Of a stretch of 64,000 bases of DNA, positions 1 through 15,518 are shown in pieces. The DNA is taken from NCBI RefSeq assembly GCF_009914755.1, contig NC_060926.1; one strand, written 5' to 3'. The translations under genes were made by a program, and so were the position numbers. The notes under the pieces were generated by a model that was given only the letters and a program-made list of their open reading frames with translations, searched no databases and was not told the origin of the DNA. Position 1 is the stretch's first letter, and each line of letters opens with the position of its first letter. The DNA is from the human T2T-CHM13v2.0 reference genome, Homo sapiens.

Positions 1-1859
1 AGATGAACAGCAACTACTAAATTACAACATAACCTGGTGTTGTTCAACCTATTCTTGTATTCATGAGAACTGCTACTGAAATTCAATGACCTGTGAATGT
101 CTGATGTAACAGAAGCCTGGCTCCCCCAATAAAAATCCCCAATAGAACAATAATAATTCAAATACTACAAATCTAAATCCTCCGGGATTCAATCTCCTGT
201 ACACTGAAGTTTCAATTCAACAAACATGCATTAAGTGATGTGCGAAGAACAAGAAATTAGGTGAGGTGCTGGGAAAGCAGTGTGAATGAGCCTTTAAAGA
301 GCTTGCACTCTGTTAGAAGAGAGGTTTAAGCCAATGATTACAACACAGTGTGGTACTTCAATATCACAAGTATGTGTACCCTCACAAATAAATATGAAAA
401 CACCTCATAACAGGCATATAAACATAATAGGCAACTCATAAAAGAATACAAATGGTCAACAGATCAAACCCATTGTTTGCCTGTGCAGTGTATATTCAAA
501 AGCTCTTAATATCTCCTGTTGGCGGGAGGTGTGGGAAAATGGTCACTCTTACGCTCTACTGGGCTACACTTCTACACAATAATTTGAAAAGCTGGTCATT
601 TAAAGCCATTTAAAACTCTATATTCTTTGACTTGGAAATTCTATCAGTTTCAGTGAGTGGATAAACTAGTTTTGCTAACCAAAAGAAAATAATTCAATTT
701 TAGGAAAATGGTAACTTTGGTTTAATAGTATAAATTTCAGACTCCTACAAGATATCCAAAGGGAATTGTCTAGTAGGCAGTTGGACATATATAACAATTA
801 GCATTTACTCATGGTGTTTGCTATGTTTGCTAATCTTATATACATTATTTCATTTAATCTCTCCAAAATTCAAAGCCGTCTGTATGTAGGACGAAGATTC
901 AAACACAGCTCTTAACCCAAAGCTCTTAGTCAATATTCTATTGTCTTAGACAATATTCACTGTCCATGGGTTTGACACCTGGCAGAAAGATCCAATATAG
1001 AAATATATATTTGCAAGTTTATCTTTCGTTCACTCATTCATTCAGCAGAAATTTATTAGGTACCTAAGGTTGGATCTACGAATACCGAGAAAGTAAAGTT
1101 AAATTTCTTATCATTAGGGACATAAAACAGAGATAGGCATGAAAACAAAAAATTGCAGTATGATACAACAGTGATAATAGAAATACTAAAGAGGAGTAAC
1201 ACTAACCCCTCTAAAAAGAGAGAGTAGTCAACTCTGCATCGGACAGAGTCATCAAGGAAGGTTCTAAGAAAGGAAGACAATGCTTGGCCATGATTTTAAA
1301 GGATGAGTGAGAAAAAAAAAAAATCCCCCAAGTGGACAGAAGCAGCAGGTAAGGAATTTGATTCCAGAAGAAGAGCATTGAATATAAAGAAGTGTCACCC
1401 AAAACAGCATGGTCAGCACAAAGAAATACATGTAGGTCACCATAGTGATAAACAGACAGTGCCCTTTAACCACTCTCTAACCCCCCATCCTCTGCTCCTC
1501 CAGATGCTGCAAAAAAGGACAGAGGAAATATAAAGCCTGCCACTCTCTTGAGTTGCACTTCCCAAAGAGGTCCACTCCTTTAACCTCCTCTTCAAACGGA
1601 GAATTGGAAAGGGACTAGGCAGGCTCCCTTGTCAATGAGGAGAAGCAGTGGTGTAGTGACACTCTCCAAAACAGCTTCCCAACAGCATCACCATCTACCA
1701 CCTCACCCAGCCTTTGGTTTTCTTCATGGCCTTTATTTACTACTAAAATTCCATCATCTATTCATTTTTTCCTTGTTTATTGCCTTTCTCCGTCATTAGA
1801 CTATAAGCTCCAGGAAGGCATGGGATGGGCCTCATCTATTCTATTCTATTCACCACTGT

Positions 1860-2207
<348 letters not shown>

Positions 2208-2852
2208 TGAATATTGTTTCATCTTACCCAACATACAGCATTATGGTTATTTTAAACCTAAAACTCCAATCAAAATCATATTTCACTTTTATAAGATAAT
2301 ACTTTCTGTAACATTTCACATATTTTCATGGTCTAATGAAATTTTCCAATGCTCTAAATAGCATCCCTATGCCCTCTATTTTTTTTTTCACCACAACAAA
2401 TATTTAAAACAAAATCTGTCTCCAAGTTTAACTCTGCTCTATACCCACTCCAATATTTCATTAGAGTATCTTTGGACCAAAGAGAACAAGGTAACAATTT
2501 TAGATTAAGTGGTATGCCAACTACAAATTGATGTACTGCTTCAGTGAAACATACATGAAGAAAAATGGAAGCTATTCTATACTTAACGAAAAACTTCAAG
2601 TCCTGCTAATAAAACAAAAATATCTCAGGCAGGAGAAAAAAAAAAGTGACTTATGTTATTGGAAAAACAGGTAACATATGACAATTCTAAGGAGGTCACC
2701 ATTTTTTAGGAATTAGTATCACTGATAATAGCAAACTCATAGAGACCAGGTCTTGCCAAGACTGCATGTGATATAAAATGCTTGGTAAAATGTTTGGCAA
2801 GCTCCTGGAATCTGTTTATCCAACTGCCTATTTCACTTTGGGTTTCTTTTGA

Positions 2853-3328
<476 letters not shown>

Positions 3329-3925
3329 TCAGGCAAAATGCAACTTCAAAAGTTCAAATATTATGAAAAATATTTACTGTTACTATGAATCTATTTCAAG
3401 ACCAATGAAGGCTGAAGTAAGACCTAACTGTTGCCTTGCCAAATCCATTTCTCAATATAAATGCCATGTAAAATTACACAATAGATTTACTCTAACCCTT
3501 TTTACATGGGAGTTACAAAACGAAGCCTTTAAACCCCTCTAGGGATAAATTTACTTTTCTCAGCCAAGTGTTAACAGCAATAAATGGAGGATTTACATGT
3601 AATCCCTAAAAGCAAATAGGCAGAAATTACCAACCATGCTATGACTTTTTAACTAAGCATTTTATTTAATCTCACTTGCATAACAGGGCAATTTAAAGGG
3701 TGCCAGTTCTAAAAATATGAGATGCAAATGCAAAATAGTGTCCCTAATATTTTAAAGCAAATTTTCTAGGATTGTATATTCAAACAAATGTGGGTTGGTT
3801 TTGGGTTTTTTTCAGAGTACTCACTAGGAATAACTAAATAAACACCTATTCAATCAATACTGCCATTTCTTAAAAATAATAGATACCTGAGAACTTTTTT
3901 CAAAGTCAGTGCATAAGCAATGTCC

Positions 3926-4217
<292 letters not shown>

Positions 4218-5260
4218 ACGATGTCCTTTCAAAATAGATACAAATGAACATTACACTGAAAAAAATGGATTTATTCATAGGCTAATTACAGCATAATAAA
4301 TGAGCTATATGGTAAGACTCTTTTTGTGTTAACTGCTCATTGGTGGCCCACCATCCTAGAACTGTATTTCCAGGATTCCATCAGCATCTGCTTAATGAGA
4401 TCTATTTCTCTGCTAAGTATTCTTTAGATAAGTAAATCAGACTTTATCAAAAACAGAACTCATATTATTGCAAGCCATAATAGCTAGTTTGTGATTTGTA
4501 AGACCATGTTATTGATATCACAAATTAAAAAGAGATGTCCCATTTAGAAAAAGAGATCCCTTTACCCAACCATCATACTCTAAAAATAAAACCAACATTT
4601 CTTCACACACAAACAAAATCAAGGTGGGAATACACAAGACTTCAACACAAAAAAATCTTATCAAAGGGTCAGCGTTTCAGATGTTCTAAACTTGTTTTCA
4701 CCAGTCAGAAATAGTCTAGTCTGCCAAATACTAGGCCACATGGCTGATGTCACTTACCTTCTTGTATTCCAACCTCACTGAAAAATCAGGAGGAACCTGT
4801 TTACAAACAATTTGTGCCTTGAGCAGAGTTCTGATACCTCTAAATAAACCCCTTCTAATTTCTTATCACACAACTCGTAAGAGTTCAGCAAAAATAAGAA
4901 AAAAACTACTAGCCAAATATACATAACCACTCTTCACATTTTGATGTGGTAAAAATGTTCACTTGCTAAAGCTTCTTTTCTTCAAGACATTCTCCTTTTT
5001 TGCCCCCTCTTCCTTCCACTTACATCCTTGCTAAACATTTCAGTATTATTCAGATAACCAGTACACCCTAGTCAAGAAAACGACTTTCTGAAGAAGCTGA
5101 GCACAGCGGTATTCTGGAATAAAATCCCACTGGGCTCTGATTAGAAGTGTTAACACTCCTGCCCATGTACAACCTGTCGCACCTGCCACCAGCCCCAAAG
5201 GCTGGGACTACCACAGAACCTGTTTCCAGTGTTCGACGCCTCCTGCAAAACATCACTTAC

Positions 5261-5529
5261 TGTGCCGGGCATATGACTTCTCTCATTCTTCCCATTCTGA
5301 GAGCTGCCATTTTTTAGTTTCTTTTTCTTTTTTGCTGTTTCTTTGTGCTCTTTCTGTTTGTTTTGCACTTCAATAAGAACAGAAATAAAGCTGTTTTTCA
5401 CTTCCTTTTCAAACTCCAGTTCATCTCGTAAAGCCAACTGCTGCACCAGCTCCTCAGAGTACTCCTTAATGGCAGTCTCAATTTCTTCCAGGATTTCATT
5501 TAACTCAGACACTGAGAGCCTTTTCACTC
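5261..5529 (-). CDS. FEZ2: FEZ2 exon 5 (269 nt): coiled coil and lysine-rich stretch; remaining exons lie left of the window
   Basis: Acceptor cacAG|GA, donor ACA|GTAAGT. Reads (R)VKRLSVSELNEILEEIE...LALRDELEFEKEVKNSFI...KKKKKLKNG...SHMPGT. Cumulative 903 nt = 301 codons with no stop. Confidence 0.97.
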
Positions 5530-6030
5530 CTGTGACCAAAAGCAAAATACAGCAGATATTAAGACAAAAACATTTCAAGGAAGCAAAACAGAGTAGTCAC
5601 TAGGAATGACTAAATAAACACCTATGTAATCAATGCCAAAGAGCAAAAATCATATTCCAAGCAATTAAATTGACTGTGGGTGATCTTCTCAGAATTCTAC
5701 AACTTCTGGAGATCAGATCTGAGTAGAGGTAAGTGGGCAGGTGAGTCACTTCTCAGCTTGCTGGCAAGAAAGTCTAACAAAAGTTTTTACTTGTGCAAAT
5801 AAATCATTGCATGAATAATACTTCAGTCAAGACTGTGAAGGCTTGTACACGGAAAAGAACAAACACAAAAGTCGAGGGAAAGTACAGAATCCACCTGCTG
5901 ACAAAAAACTGCAAGCCGTTCAGCAGGGTTCTGGGATATCTCTGAACAGGAAAGGAGTTGATCTGAAAGAATTAAACTAAATATACACTTAATTACATAA
6001 GTCCTGATCTGTGAATTTTGTTGAAATTGG

Positions 6031-6420
6031 TGATATGGTTTGTATCTGTGTCCCCACCCAAATCTCATACAGAAATGTGATGCTGGAGGTGGGGCTTGGT
6101 GGGAGGTCACTGGATCATGAGGGCAATTTCTAACAGTTTAGTACCATCCCCCTGGTGCTGTTCTCATGACAGAGTTCTTATGAGACCTGGTTGTTTAAAA
6201 GTGTGTGGCACTCCCCCCAGCCCCCTTCCTCCTGCTCCAGCCATGTGAAGATACCTGCTCCAGCTCTGCCTCCCACCATGAGTAAAAGCTCCCTGAGGCC
6301 CCCCCAGAAGCAGATGCTACCAGGCTTCCTGTATAGCCTGTGGAACCATTAGCCAATTAAACCTCTTTTCGTATAAATTACCCAGTTTCAGGCATTTTAT
6401 AGCAGTGCAAGAATGGACTA
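6031..6420 (+). mobile_element. MST (MaLR) solo LTR
   Basis: TGATATGGTTTG start, ATTAAACCTCTTT and ...AATGGACTAA end. Confidence 0.85.
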
Positions 6421-6514
6421 AAAAAACTGGGAAGACAAAAGGGAACAATATTCCCTGAAACCCCATTTCAGTCTTTTCTCAGCACTTCTGCCCCTTGTGA
6501 CAGATAGGACACTG

Positions 6515-6847
6515 TTAAAGTCCCAACCCACAGGGCCTCAGAATGTGGAGAGGGGGTCTTTAAAGAGGTAAATTAAGGTTAAATGAGGGCATCAGGATAG
6601 GCCCTAACCCAACATGACTGGTATTCTTATAAAATAGGGTGATCAGGACACAGTAGGAAGACCACGTGAAGACATAGGGAAAAGGCAGCCATCTGCATGT
6701 CAAGGAGAGAGGCCTCTGAAAAAAACCAAACCTGCCAACACCTTCATCTCAGACTTCTGGCCTCCAGAACTATAGAATATAAATTCCTGTTGTTTAAGCC
6801 ACCCACTCTGTGGTACTTTGTTCTGGCAGCCCTAGCAAACCAATACA
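6515..6847 (+). mobile_element. MLT1 (A/B-like) LTR
   Basis: gccctaacccaacatgactgg...tttaagccaccc...cctagcaaaccaataca. Confidence 0.8.
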
Positions 6848-7364
6848 GATTTTAGTATCTGTATCAGGTATCAGGACTGTATTTGGGAGTCAGGACGTTA
6901 ACACTGTTTAGCCCATACCTACAGGAACATGGCCAAATCAGACCATCTGAAAGAATTTGGTCTGTCTGACCATCTGTATGTTGAAGCCATACAACCCAAA
7001 GGTCTTTAGGTAACTAAGCTTTGGACTGGGCATGCCATAAAGATAAAACTAGGTGACAACACGAGTTGAGCAGATACAGACCCCATCAGTGCCTATTCAA
7101 GGAAGGGACCAGTCATATGGCAATGATTAGATACACACCTTCCAACCAGCCTCAGGCTGTTCACAGGCTGGTTATATTTATTCAGACATTTTTCATGAAA
7201 ATCAACTGTAGAGTTTCTAGAGTTCATTATTCTCACATATGTCAAACAGATCCATGGTTCCCAAAATTCTTCATAGTAACACACAAGACTATTTGTACAA
7301 ACAGGAATTGCATTTGACAAATAATTACTGAATATCTATTCTACACTTCAAATATGATGGGGTT

Positions 7365-7869
<505 letters not shown>

Positions 7870-7953
7870 TCAAAGCTTTCTGGAGATGATCATACTATAC
7901 ATTTGATACAGACAAAAAGCACAGAAATCATTGATTTCAGCAGGCTCCCTTAC

Positions 7954-8095
7954 TCTCTTCATAACTGCCGGTACTAGACCTCTTGAGAGTTTGAATTTCC
8001 TGGGAAAGCATTGAAAGCCGATCTGACTGTGTAGGGGTTTCATCATCTTCTGGGTCCGGTGATTCCTGCATCATTTCTTCAATTTCTTCAATAAC
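7954..8095 (-). CDS. FEZ2: FEZ2 exon 4 (142 nt)
   Basis: Acceptor ttttcgaAG|GTT, donor GAGA|GTAAGG. Reads VIEEIEEMMQESPDPEDDETPTQSDRLSMLSQEIQTLKRSSTGSYEE, ends phase 1. Confidence 0.96.
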
Positions 8096-10016
8096 CTTCG
8101 AAAACACACACACCACTGTTAATCAAATATACAAAAGGAAAATGATCTATCTGGAACACAGTGCTCACCTAAGGCACCCAGAGCAGAAATGCACTGAATT
8201 CTCCATTAACCAATGGTGTTCAGGTGTGGATGCTCCAAATAATCAAAATTTTTACTGTAGGAGTGAACATGGTTTATCAAGAAAAAATTACAATATACTA
8301 AACACAAACCTAAATAGAATTGGATTTACTACGTCCATCATGATTCAGAAGGCCCTAACATGTCTTGCAAAGTCTAGGTAATCGTGCTACAAACACATAA
8401 TAATTTACTTCAGACACACCAGAGCTAGATCATACAGTAATCGTTAGAAGAAAGCAAATAACAGAAAATTTACCATAGACATACAAGTGCTCAATTTAAA
8501 GGTATCTCATCAAAAATTCTGACATAAAATTTATAAAATACAATAGCACAAAAAAAGTATATATAAATGGGAAATTACCTCTATGACAGCAAAATATTCT
8601 TTCAACAGCAGAAAAATAATTTTATATATTAATTCAACGAAAAAAAGGGATTTTTTAAATTACTCAAAAAGTAGAAGTCCAAAGAGAAAAATGCTGTGAA
8701 AAGCAGAAAAACTTCAGAAATACATTTGACTTTAAACAATGATCTACTGTCTAGTGCAGTGCTGCTCAAATCTTACAACAGTATCTTGCCCTTTTCCAGA
8801 TTCTAAAAGTTGAGAAGGATATAGAACTCAGCGAAAATGTAAAGGAAACCCAGGAAAATTACTCAATAGTTAGAAAAAAGGACCTAAAGTTAAAAAAAAA
8901 AATTAAACACAATTAAATGAAGGAGTAAGACATCATGAGCATATTTCCATGCTTTATGAATTAACAAGCTTAACAGGTAAGATTTCCACCAAGGAAAAAC
9001 AAAGGCAAATCTGAAGGAGATGGGATTATGTTAATTATAAGAAGAGTCTCCAAAACAGGAAATATAATAAGGTACAATGAGCCACTCAAGGATCCTACAG
9101 AATCTGTTATTCTAACTCTTAAAAAAAGGGAGAGTTTACGGTATTAGGCAGGTCAGTGAGGGGACAATGAATTCTCAAGGTCATGTCTATCCCTAGATTA
9201 CCCTCTACCTCAAAACAACCTTCCAACCTACTATTACCTTGCTTTTTTAAGCACCACATTCTTCCCACGCCTAGAACAATTCAACCACAAATATGACTAA
9301 GGAGGATCCAAATAACACAATTTTAATGTAAATTTTTAATGTACTCCTCCCAAGCTTGCCATAATGTATCTCCTTACTGATCTCATCTTTCCAGCCTAAA
9401 AATAGAGTGTGGTAGAACTCACAGTCCGAGTAGCCATGGAACATTTTATTTCAGGAAGAAGTTCTGGCATCACATTTCAACAATACAACAGAGGTGGGAA
9501 GAGTATTCAGAAAATGAGAAAGCTGATTCGACTGGTTTTAAGTGAATACAGGGTTGACCTTATTAGCGCATTCCACGGGAATAATGCTCACTTCTTTCTG
9601 GGGCACACAATATGTTACTTTAATACATGCTAATGCTTTTTACCCAGGGTTTTGAAGATACTAAATAATTTCTACACAGATACTTTACAGTTTGTCCGTG
9701 TTTGGGTAAATCTAAAGAAACAAGGAAATTCACAATATTTTTCTGGTTTGGGGTTAAGCAACAACCTTTCCTTGGTACCTTGCTATAATCTTCAACAAGG
9801 CCTCTGTTGGAAACCTTCCCAACTAACATAATCCCTTCTGCTTCAGATCACAAATACTTATTTTTCTCTGTGGAAGAGTTAACTATTAAGCCTGTATAAC
9901 CAGAAAAAAATAGGAAAGATAAGTAAACCAACAGCCATCATTTACTGTCATAACAAGAAGCCGTTTTTCAGCTCTAGAGTCTCCTTTCCTTGCGTTGCTG
10001 AGGATCTCCTCTATAC

Positions 10017-10133
10017 CTGGTCTGCCGTGAAGAGGGGTTCATCATTAACACAGGAGACGATGATTGAGTGCATATCCAGCTGTTCTCTCAGCTCTTCATC
10101 ATCTGATGTATCAAAGAGCAAACTGTCACTTAC
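10017..10133 (-). CDS. FEZ2: FEZ2 exon 3 (117 nt, symmetric phase 0-0)
   Basis: Acceptor tttttAG|GTAAGT, donor CAG|GTATAG. Reads VSDSLLFDTSDDEELREQLDMHSIIVSCVNDEPLFTADQ, including the conserved UNC-76/FEZ LDMHS..EPL.TADQV block. Confidence 0.96.
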
Positions 10134-10699
10134 CTAAAAACAAAAATACCCATCATTAAAAGCAGGACATCCTCATCAAAACAAAGTTAACAGCTCTGAG
10201 TAAAAGAGGCTGCAGAGAAAAGCAACTACTAAGAGCCTTCCCTCAAGAGGGAGAAATTATTACAATCACTCTGTACCAGGCAATGAGTATATATTCATCT
10301 TGAACAGAAATGAGAAGAATGTAGAATAAATATGAAATCACTGAGATGCTGCATAAGACTGCTATAAAAGCTGACAGATATGCAGAAAAAAATACGGTAT
10401 TCATTAGCAAGTCATAGGGAATTACAGTGAATAGAAGGGAGAATATGGGCAGGGTTAGCAACACACACTAAGATTGGTAGACGTTAACATTCTAAAGAAA
10501 ACATAAAAGTTAGTTACTTGCAAACTAACTTCTAATATCTGAGTAAAAGATGATCAACTCCCTGAAAGGCGGGATCTGTCCATGAGCGTCACACTTAGCC
10601 CTTCCAATTGCACATTCCTTCTTAACAAAAAATAATAACCCTAGGTTCCAAAAACATCTTTAAACCTAACTAAGCTGGTGATTCACCACTCACCTCCTC

Positions 10700-11090
10700 A
10701 CCATCTTCCACCCTGCTCTGCGCTCCAGGAGGACGACCTTTATGGAAGACATCAAAGGATGCCCTTGCTGTCTGGCTTCCAGGTGGGTTAAACCCCATTG
10801 GCAGACACTGGCAGACTGGAAGGTGGGATGGTGAAGGCTGGGCATGTATTTTGCTGTCTTCCTCCCTGTCAGACTGTCATTTGTTGACTATGGCTCTTCA
10901 CCAAAGCCATAGCTCTGATTAGCAGACTTCTCCCACAAGGCCAATCTCAACAGTTTATGGTAATTTCTCCCTCTCCTTACCTCTTCATGCCCAGGACTGC
11001 TAAAGTACCAGTTTCTGTTGCCAGCCCTGGGGGATTGCACCACATCAAGTTTGTTTCCCTTAACCCTGCCCACACCAATATAAACAGCCT
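10700..11090 (+). mobile_element. Old ERVL-type LTR (LTR33-like)
   Basis: gtttcccttaaccctgcccacacc..taaacagcc resembles the remembered LTR33 consensus. Highly diverged. Confidence 0.5.
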
Positions 11091-11689
11091 TAGAGTTTAG
11101 TACCAGTACTGATTGTAAAAACTTTGCCTGAAAAAACTCAGCAGATTAAAATGAACAAGGGAACATCTGTCTATCATCTACCTATCTGTCATGACATGAC
11201 TATTCAGGTGTTGAATGGAACTGAAACTAGAACTCTATTCCTCAGGAAGGATTAGCACACACTGAGTTTCCAAAGAATAAATGGGCAACAAGGATTACGT
11301 AAGAAGCCACCATGTCATTCTATTACATAGTGTAGAACTAACATGATAAAATTTTACCTGGCAAAATTATTTATCCATGCAGAGGATATATGTCTAAAGC
11401 TGAGGACACAATGGAATGGATGTAGGTTCCTACTGCTTCCCTAGTTCTTCATAACATGAGCATCTGAAGTTTGCAGGTGAACACAGCCTACAGAGTAAGA
11501 AACCTGCACGTGAGAAGGGCCAAGGGAAGAAGCACTGGCACACTGACTTTCCAACATTAGGCTGGGAGAAGGGCCCCATCAACACTGCACGGTCCACCTA
11601 CAACCCTATAATGCAACTCCAGGCTCCTGCGCAGTGACGACAGCCCTTCTCATTTTATTTCTTACTGCACCATCAGCCTAGCAAAGGCC

Positions 11690-12740
11690 TGGCCATGACC
11701 TTCAACACAGCATCATGAACTAAGAACACTGTGTGGAAAAAAGGAGAATCTAAAAGCTTCCAGGGAGGGAAAAAAAAATCACATTAAAAGGATCAGGAAT
11801 CAAAATGTCAAGTGAATTCTCAATAGCAACAATAGATGCTAGAAAATAATCGATGTAACTTCCATGTTTGGAGAAATTCCATCCTAGAATCCTATATCCA
11901 GCTAAAACAAGTAGGCAGGGGCTAGGATAAAGACATTTTCAGACATACAAGTTCTGAAAAAATTTACCTCTCATGTGCCCTTTCTCAAAAAGCTACCAGG
12001 AGGAAAATGAAAAAGAAAAAAGATATGTGGTCTAATAACAAGTGACAAAGAGAATTCTCGTAATGATAGTAAAGTGAAAATCCCAGAATGATGACTGTAA
12101 AGCTACACTAGAGAGTAACATTCAGATTAGAATTTTTATTGCAGAGAGCATGGAGAAGAGGGAGAGGTGGGTGGGGAGGGAGAGCAGAAGGACTAGATAG
12201 ATTACCTAGTGCGGTCCATTTACTAAAATGAGTTCTACGGCTCTATTGAGGCTGAACTGGTCAGCTAATTATAAACTAAATAAACCACAAAAAGGCAGGT
12301 AGTATCCTAAGAAAAAACCTAAGTAGAAAAAGAGAAAATGTAAACATAATATATCATAATGGGTCAACTGTGCACATTTAAATAGTAAATATAAATGATG
12401 AAGATTAATTCAACCCCAGATGTTATGTAATTACATTGGGAAGATGGGGAAAGGGAAGTTTTTGGGAGGGTATAGTGTCAGGGATTGGCAAAGGACAGAA
12501 GAGAGCTAAACCTTCACCCTCTGGGTAGAAAATAAATAAAGTCTAAAATTGAGAAAATAATATCAAGTAAAATGGCATGAGCATGTTATCTGCTAAAAGA
12601 AATAGCTGATATCATTTAAAGTGGCCACCTCTGGTAAGGAGAAATCAAGTGGAGCAGAGACTGCCTTTTCATTTAAGTCCTATAGTTCTAATTTACTTTT
12701 TAAACTATGACAGCTGTTCCTTTAATAATTTAATTTTTTA
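11690..12740 (+). mobile_element. Ancient L1M fragments
   Basis: A-rich, ORF1-like gaatc...ttctcaatagcaacaatagatgctagaa..atcctagaatcctatatccagc. Confidence 0.55.
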
Positions 12741-13014
12741 AAGAAGGAGAAAGATCAAGAGACTAGGCTCTTGATGAGAGGGGATGTATGATTTCTATAC
12801 TGTAGAAGATGAAAATGTGGCACACTGTGATCACAAAGGCATGTCGATACCATGGAGTAGACCTACCGATTAGTTTCATCGATCCTTACACTTCGAACAC
12901 TTCACACCCCCTTCCCAATCACTCTTCCTATGTTGCAACTTGAGGACCATGATTTTGTTTTATTTTTCCCCTTCTGGCTTATAAATACTAAAAGTTTTAA
13001 TTTTAAAATTAATC

Positions 13015-13628
13015 CGGGGTGGGCACAGTGGCTCATGCCTGTAATCCCAGCACTTTGGGAGGCTGAGGCGGGTGGATTGCTTGAGCTCAGGAGTTTGAGA
13101 ACAGCCTGGGAAACATGGTGAAACCCCATTGCTACAAAAAATTAGCCAGGCATGATGGCACATGCCTGTAGTCCCAGCTATTCAGGAGGCTGAGGTGGGA
13201 GGATCACTTGAGCCCAGGAGGTGGAGGTTGCAGTGAGCCAAGATGGTGCCACTGCGCTCCAGCCTGGACAACAGAGCCAGACCATGTCTCAAAAAAAAAA
13301 AAAAAAATTACTCCTAAGGAAGCCCAGGTTGCCATGGCTCACACCTGTAATCCCAACACTTTGGGAGGCCAAGGTGGGAGGATCTCCTGAGGTCAGGACA
13401 TCAAGACCACCCTGAGCAACACAGGAAGACCTCGTCTCTACAGAAATATATTTTCTTAAAATTAGCCAGGCATGGCGGTACTCGTGTGTAGTCTAGCTAC
13501 TCAGGAAGCTGGAGCGGGAAGATCGCTTAAGCCCAGGAGTTGGAGGCTGCAGTAAGCTATGATGGCGCCACTGTACTCCAGCCTGGGCAACAGAGGGAGA
13601 CACTCTCTCAATCTATCAATCAATCAAA
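13015..13628 (+). mobile_element. Two tandem AluJ elements (13015-13306, 13322-13628)
   Basis: Two consecutive Alu dimers; the second ends in a (TCAA)n tail. Confidence 0.92.
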
Positions 13629-14644
13629 TTGCTTCTGTGGAAGACATTATCTTTTTCTTATTTCTACTCTTAAAGGTATAAAGATGCATACAAAAGTCCC
13701 TGTCCTGAAAGAAATGCACATGGAAGGAGAAATACAGCACAGAAGATGTTCTTAAGCTGAAATGAATGATAAGCATTCTATCATATAAGTATATTCAAGA
13801 ATGGCACCAGATTTAGAATAGGGTTATGGCCAAAACACATGAGTAATAACAGTAAACTATTATAATAAATTTCCATGACAACAGAAATGATCCCAGATCA
13901 TCTTTCCAGAGAGAGAGCCAAGTCCATTCCCCACAGAGATGGCATATGCTAAGAGCTGGAATATCTTTCAGGCTTTGCAAACTAGCCCTGGCTGTCATGG
14001 GTATCATTATTCACTCCTCCCTTCAGCATTAAATGTGCCTTCTCTTTGCCAAGCATTCCCATCACTCCTTCCAATGCCAGGGTTAGATACAGACCTGGTG
14101 GTACTGTTTCCCTGTATAAAACTGAAGATACATCAAATGGAAAAAATGTGCCCACGTAAGAATTTGAAAGATACCAGTTGCCTTACTCTAAAAAAGACAT
14201 ATCAAATTTAGAAGTGTGCCATCTTAATCTTCAATCAAAGAAAAATTTAAAACTGCAATCTAGCAAACTAGTTTTCCTGAATGTTTTTCTCTTTTTAATG
14301 CAAAAACCATTCTTCTTTTGTCAAAAAAAATTTCTATACACTTGGTTTTATAAGTAAAATAATCTAAAGAATGCTTTCAAAGGGTAAATTTTACATAGCT
14401 TAGTCACGGCACGAACAGAGCACCAGGTGGCAATGGTAAATACAGTCACTTTGCCAGATTAAAAAAAAAATGCTTAATTATATACCATGTAATAGAATGA
14501 CGTGATGACTTCTTACATAGTCCTTATTGCCCATTTGTTTTTCAGAAACTCAGTGTGTGCTAATCCTCCCTGAGAAACAGAGTTCTGATTTCAATTCTAT
14601 TCATCACCAGAATAGTCATGTCACAACAGAGAGATGATAGGTGA

Positions 14645-15004
<360 letters not shown>

Positions 15005-15148
15005 TAATGTCAGTACTAGCATTAAACTCTACGTCATTACTAATCACTGCCTTGGCCATATCATTACCGTGGCATTGAAAATAACATTCAAAAGGCAGCA
15101 AAAGGGAGCAACCTCCCAAGATGCAATCTAAGAACAATACAAGACATA

Positions 15149-15518
15149 CAGCAGTCCCTCGGTATCCAAGGGAAATTTGTTCCAGGACACCCCAATAGCA
15201 AAATCTGCAGATGCTCAAGTCCCTTATATAAAGTGGGGTAGTATTTGCATATAACCTGTGCACATCCCCCTATAAGCTTTAAATTATATGTAAATTACTT
15301 ATAATACCTAATACAAGGTAAATGGTTTATAGTTATATTGTATATAACTATACAATATTTATATTATAAAGTTATATTGTATCGGTTTTCGGTTTTTTAT
15401 TTTCATTATTTTCAATTGTTGTGTTGTTATTTTATTGTGGGGTTTTTTTTTCAAGTTTTTTAATCCACAGTTGGCTAAAGCAGCAGATGTGAAACCAGAG
15501 AATATGGTGGGCCCGCTG
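15149..15518 (+). mobile_element. MER2 (Tigger-derived DNA transposon)
   Basis: CAG..GTCCCTCGGTATCC start, GATGCTCAAGTCCCTTATATAAA core, ends CTG, flanked by TA. Confidence 0.85.

Noticed and set aside
5527-5532. NAGNAG tandem acceptor (CAG GAG) at exon 5
   Set aside because: Distal GAG acceptors are rarely used, and nothing else supports it.
5150-5578. 142-aa ORF in the track
   Set aside because: It is FEZ2 exon 5 plus intronic read-through on both sides; the splice sites define 5261-5529.
8090-8097. Exon 4 also begins with GT (AG|GTTATT)
   Set aside because: Poor match to the donor consensus at +3 and +5, far weaker than the exon 3 case.
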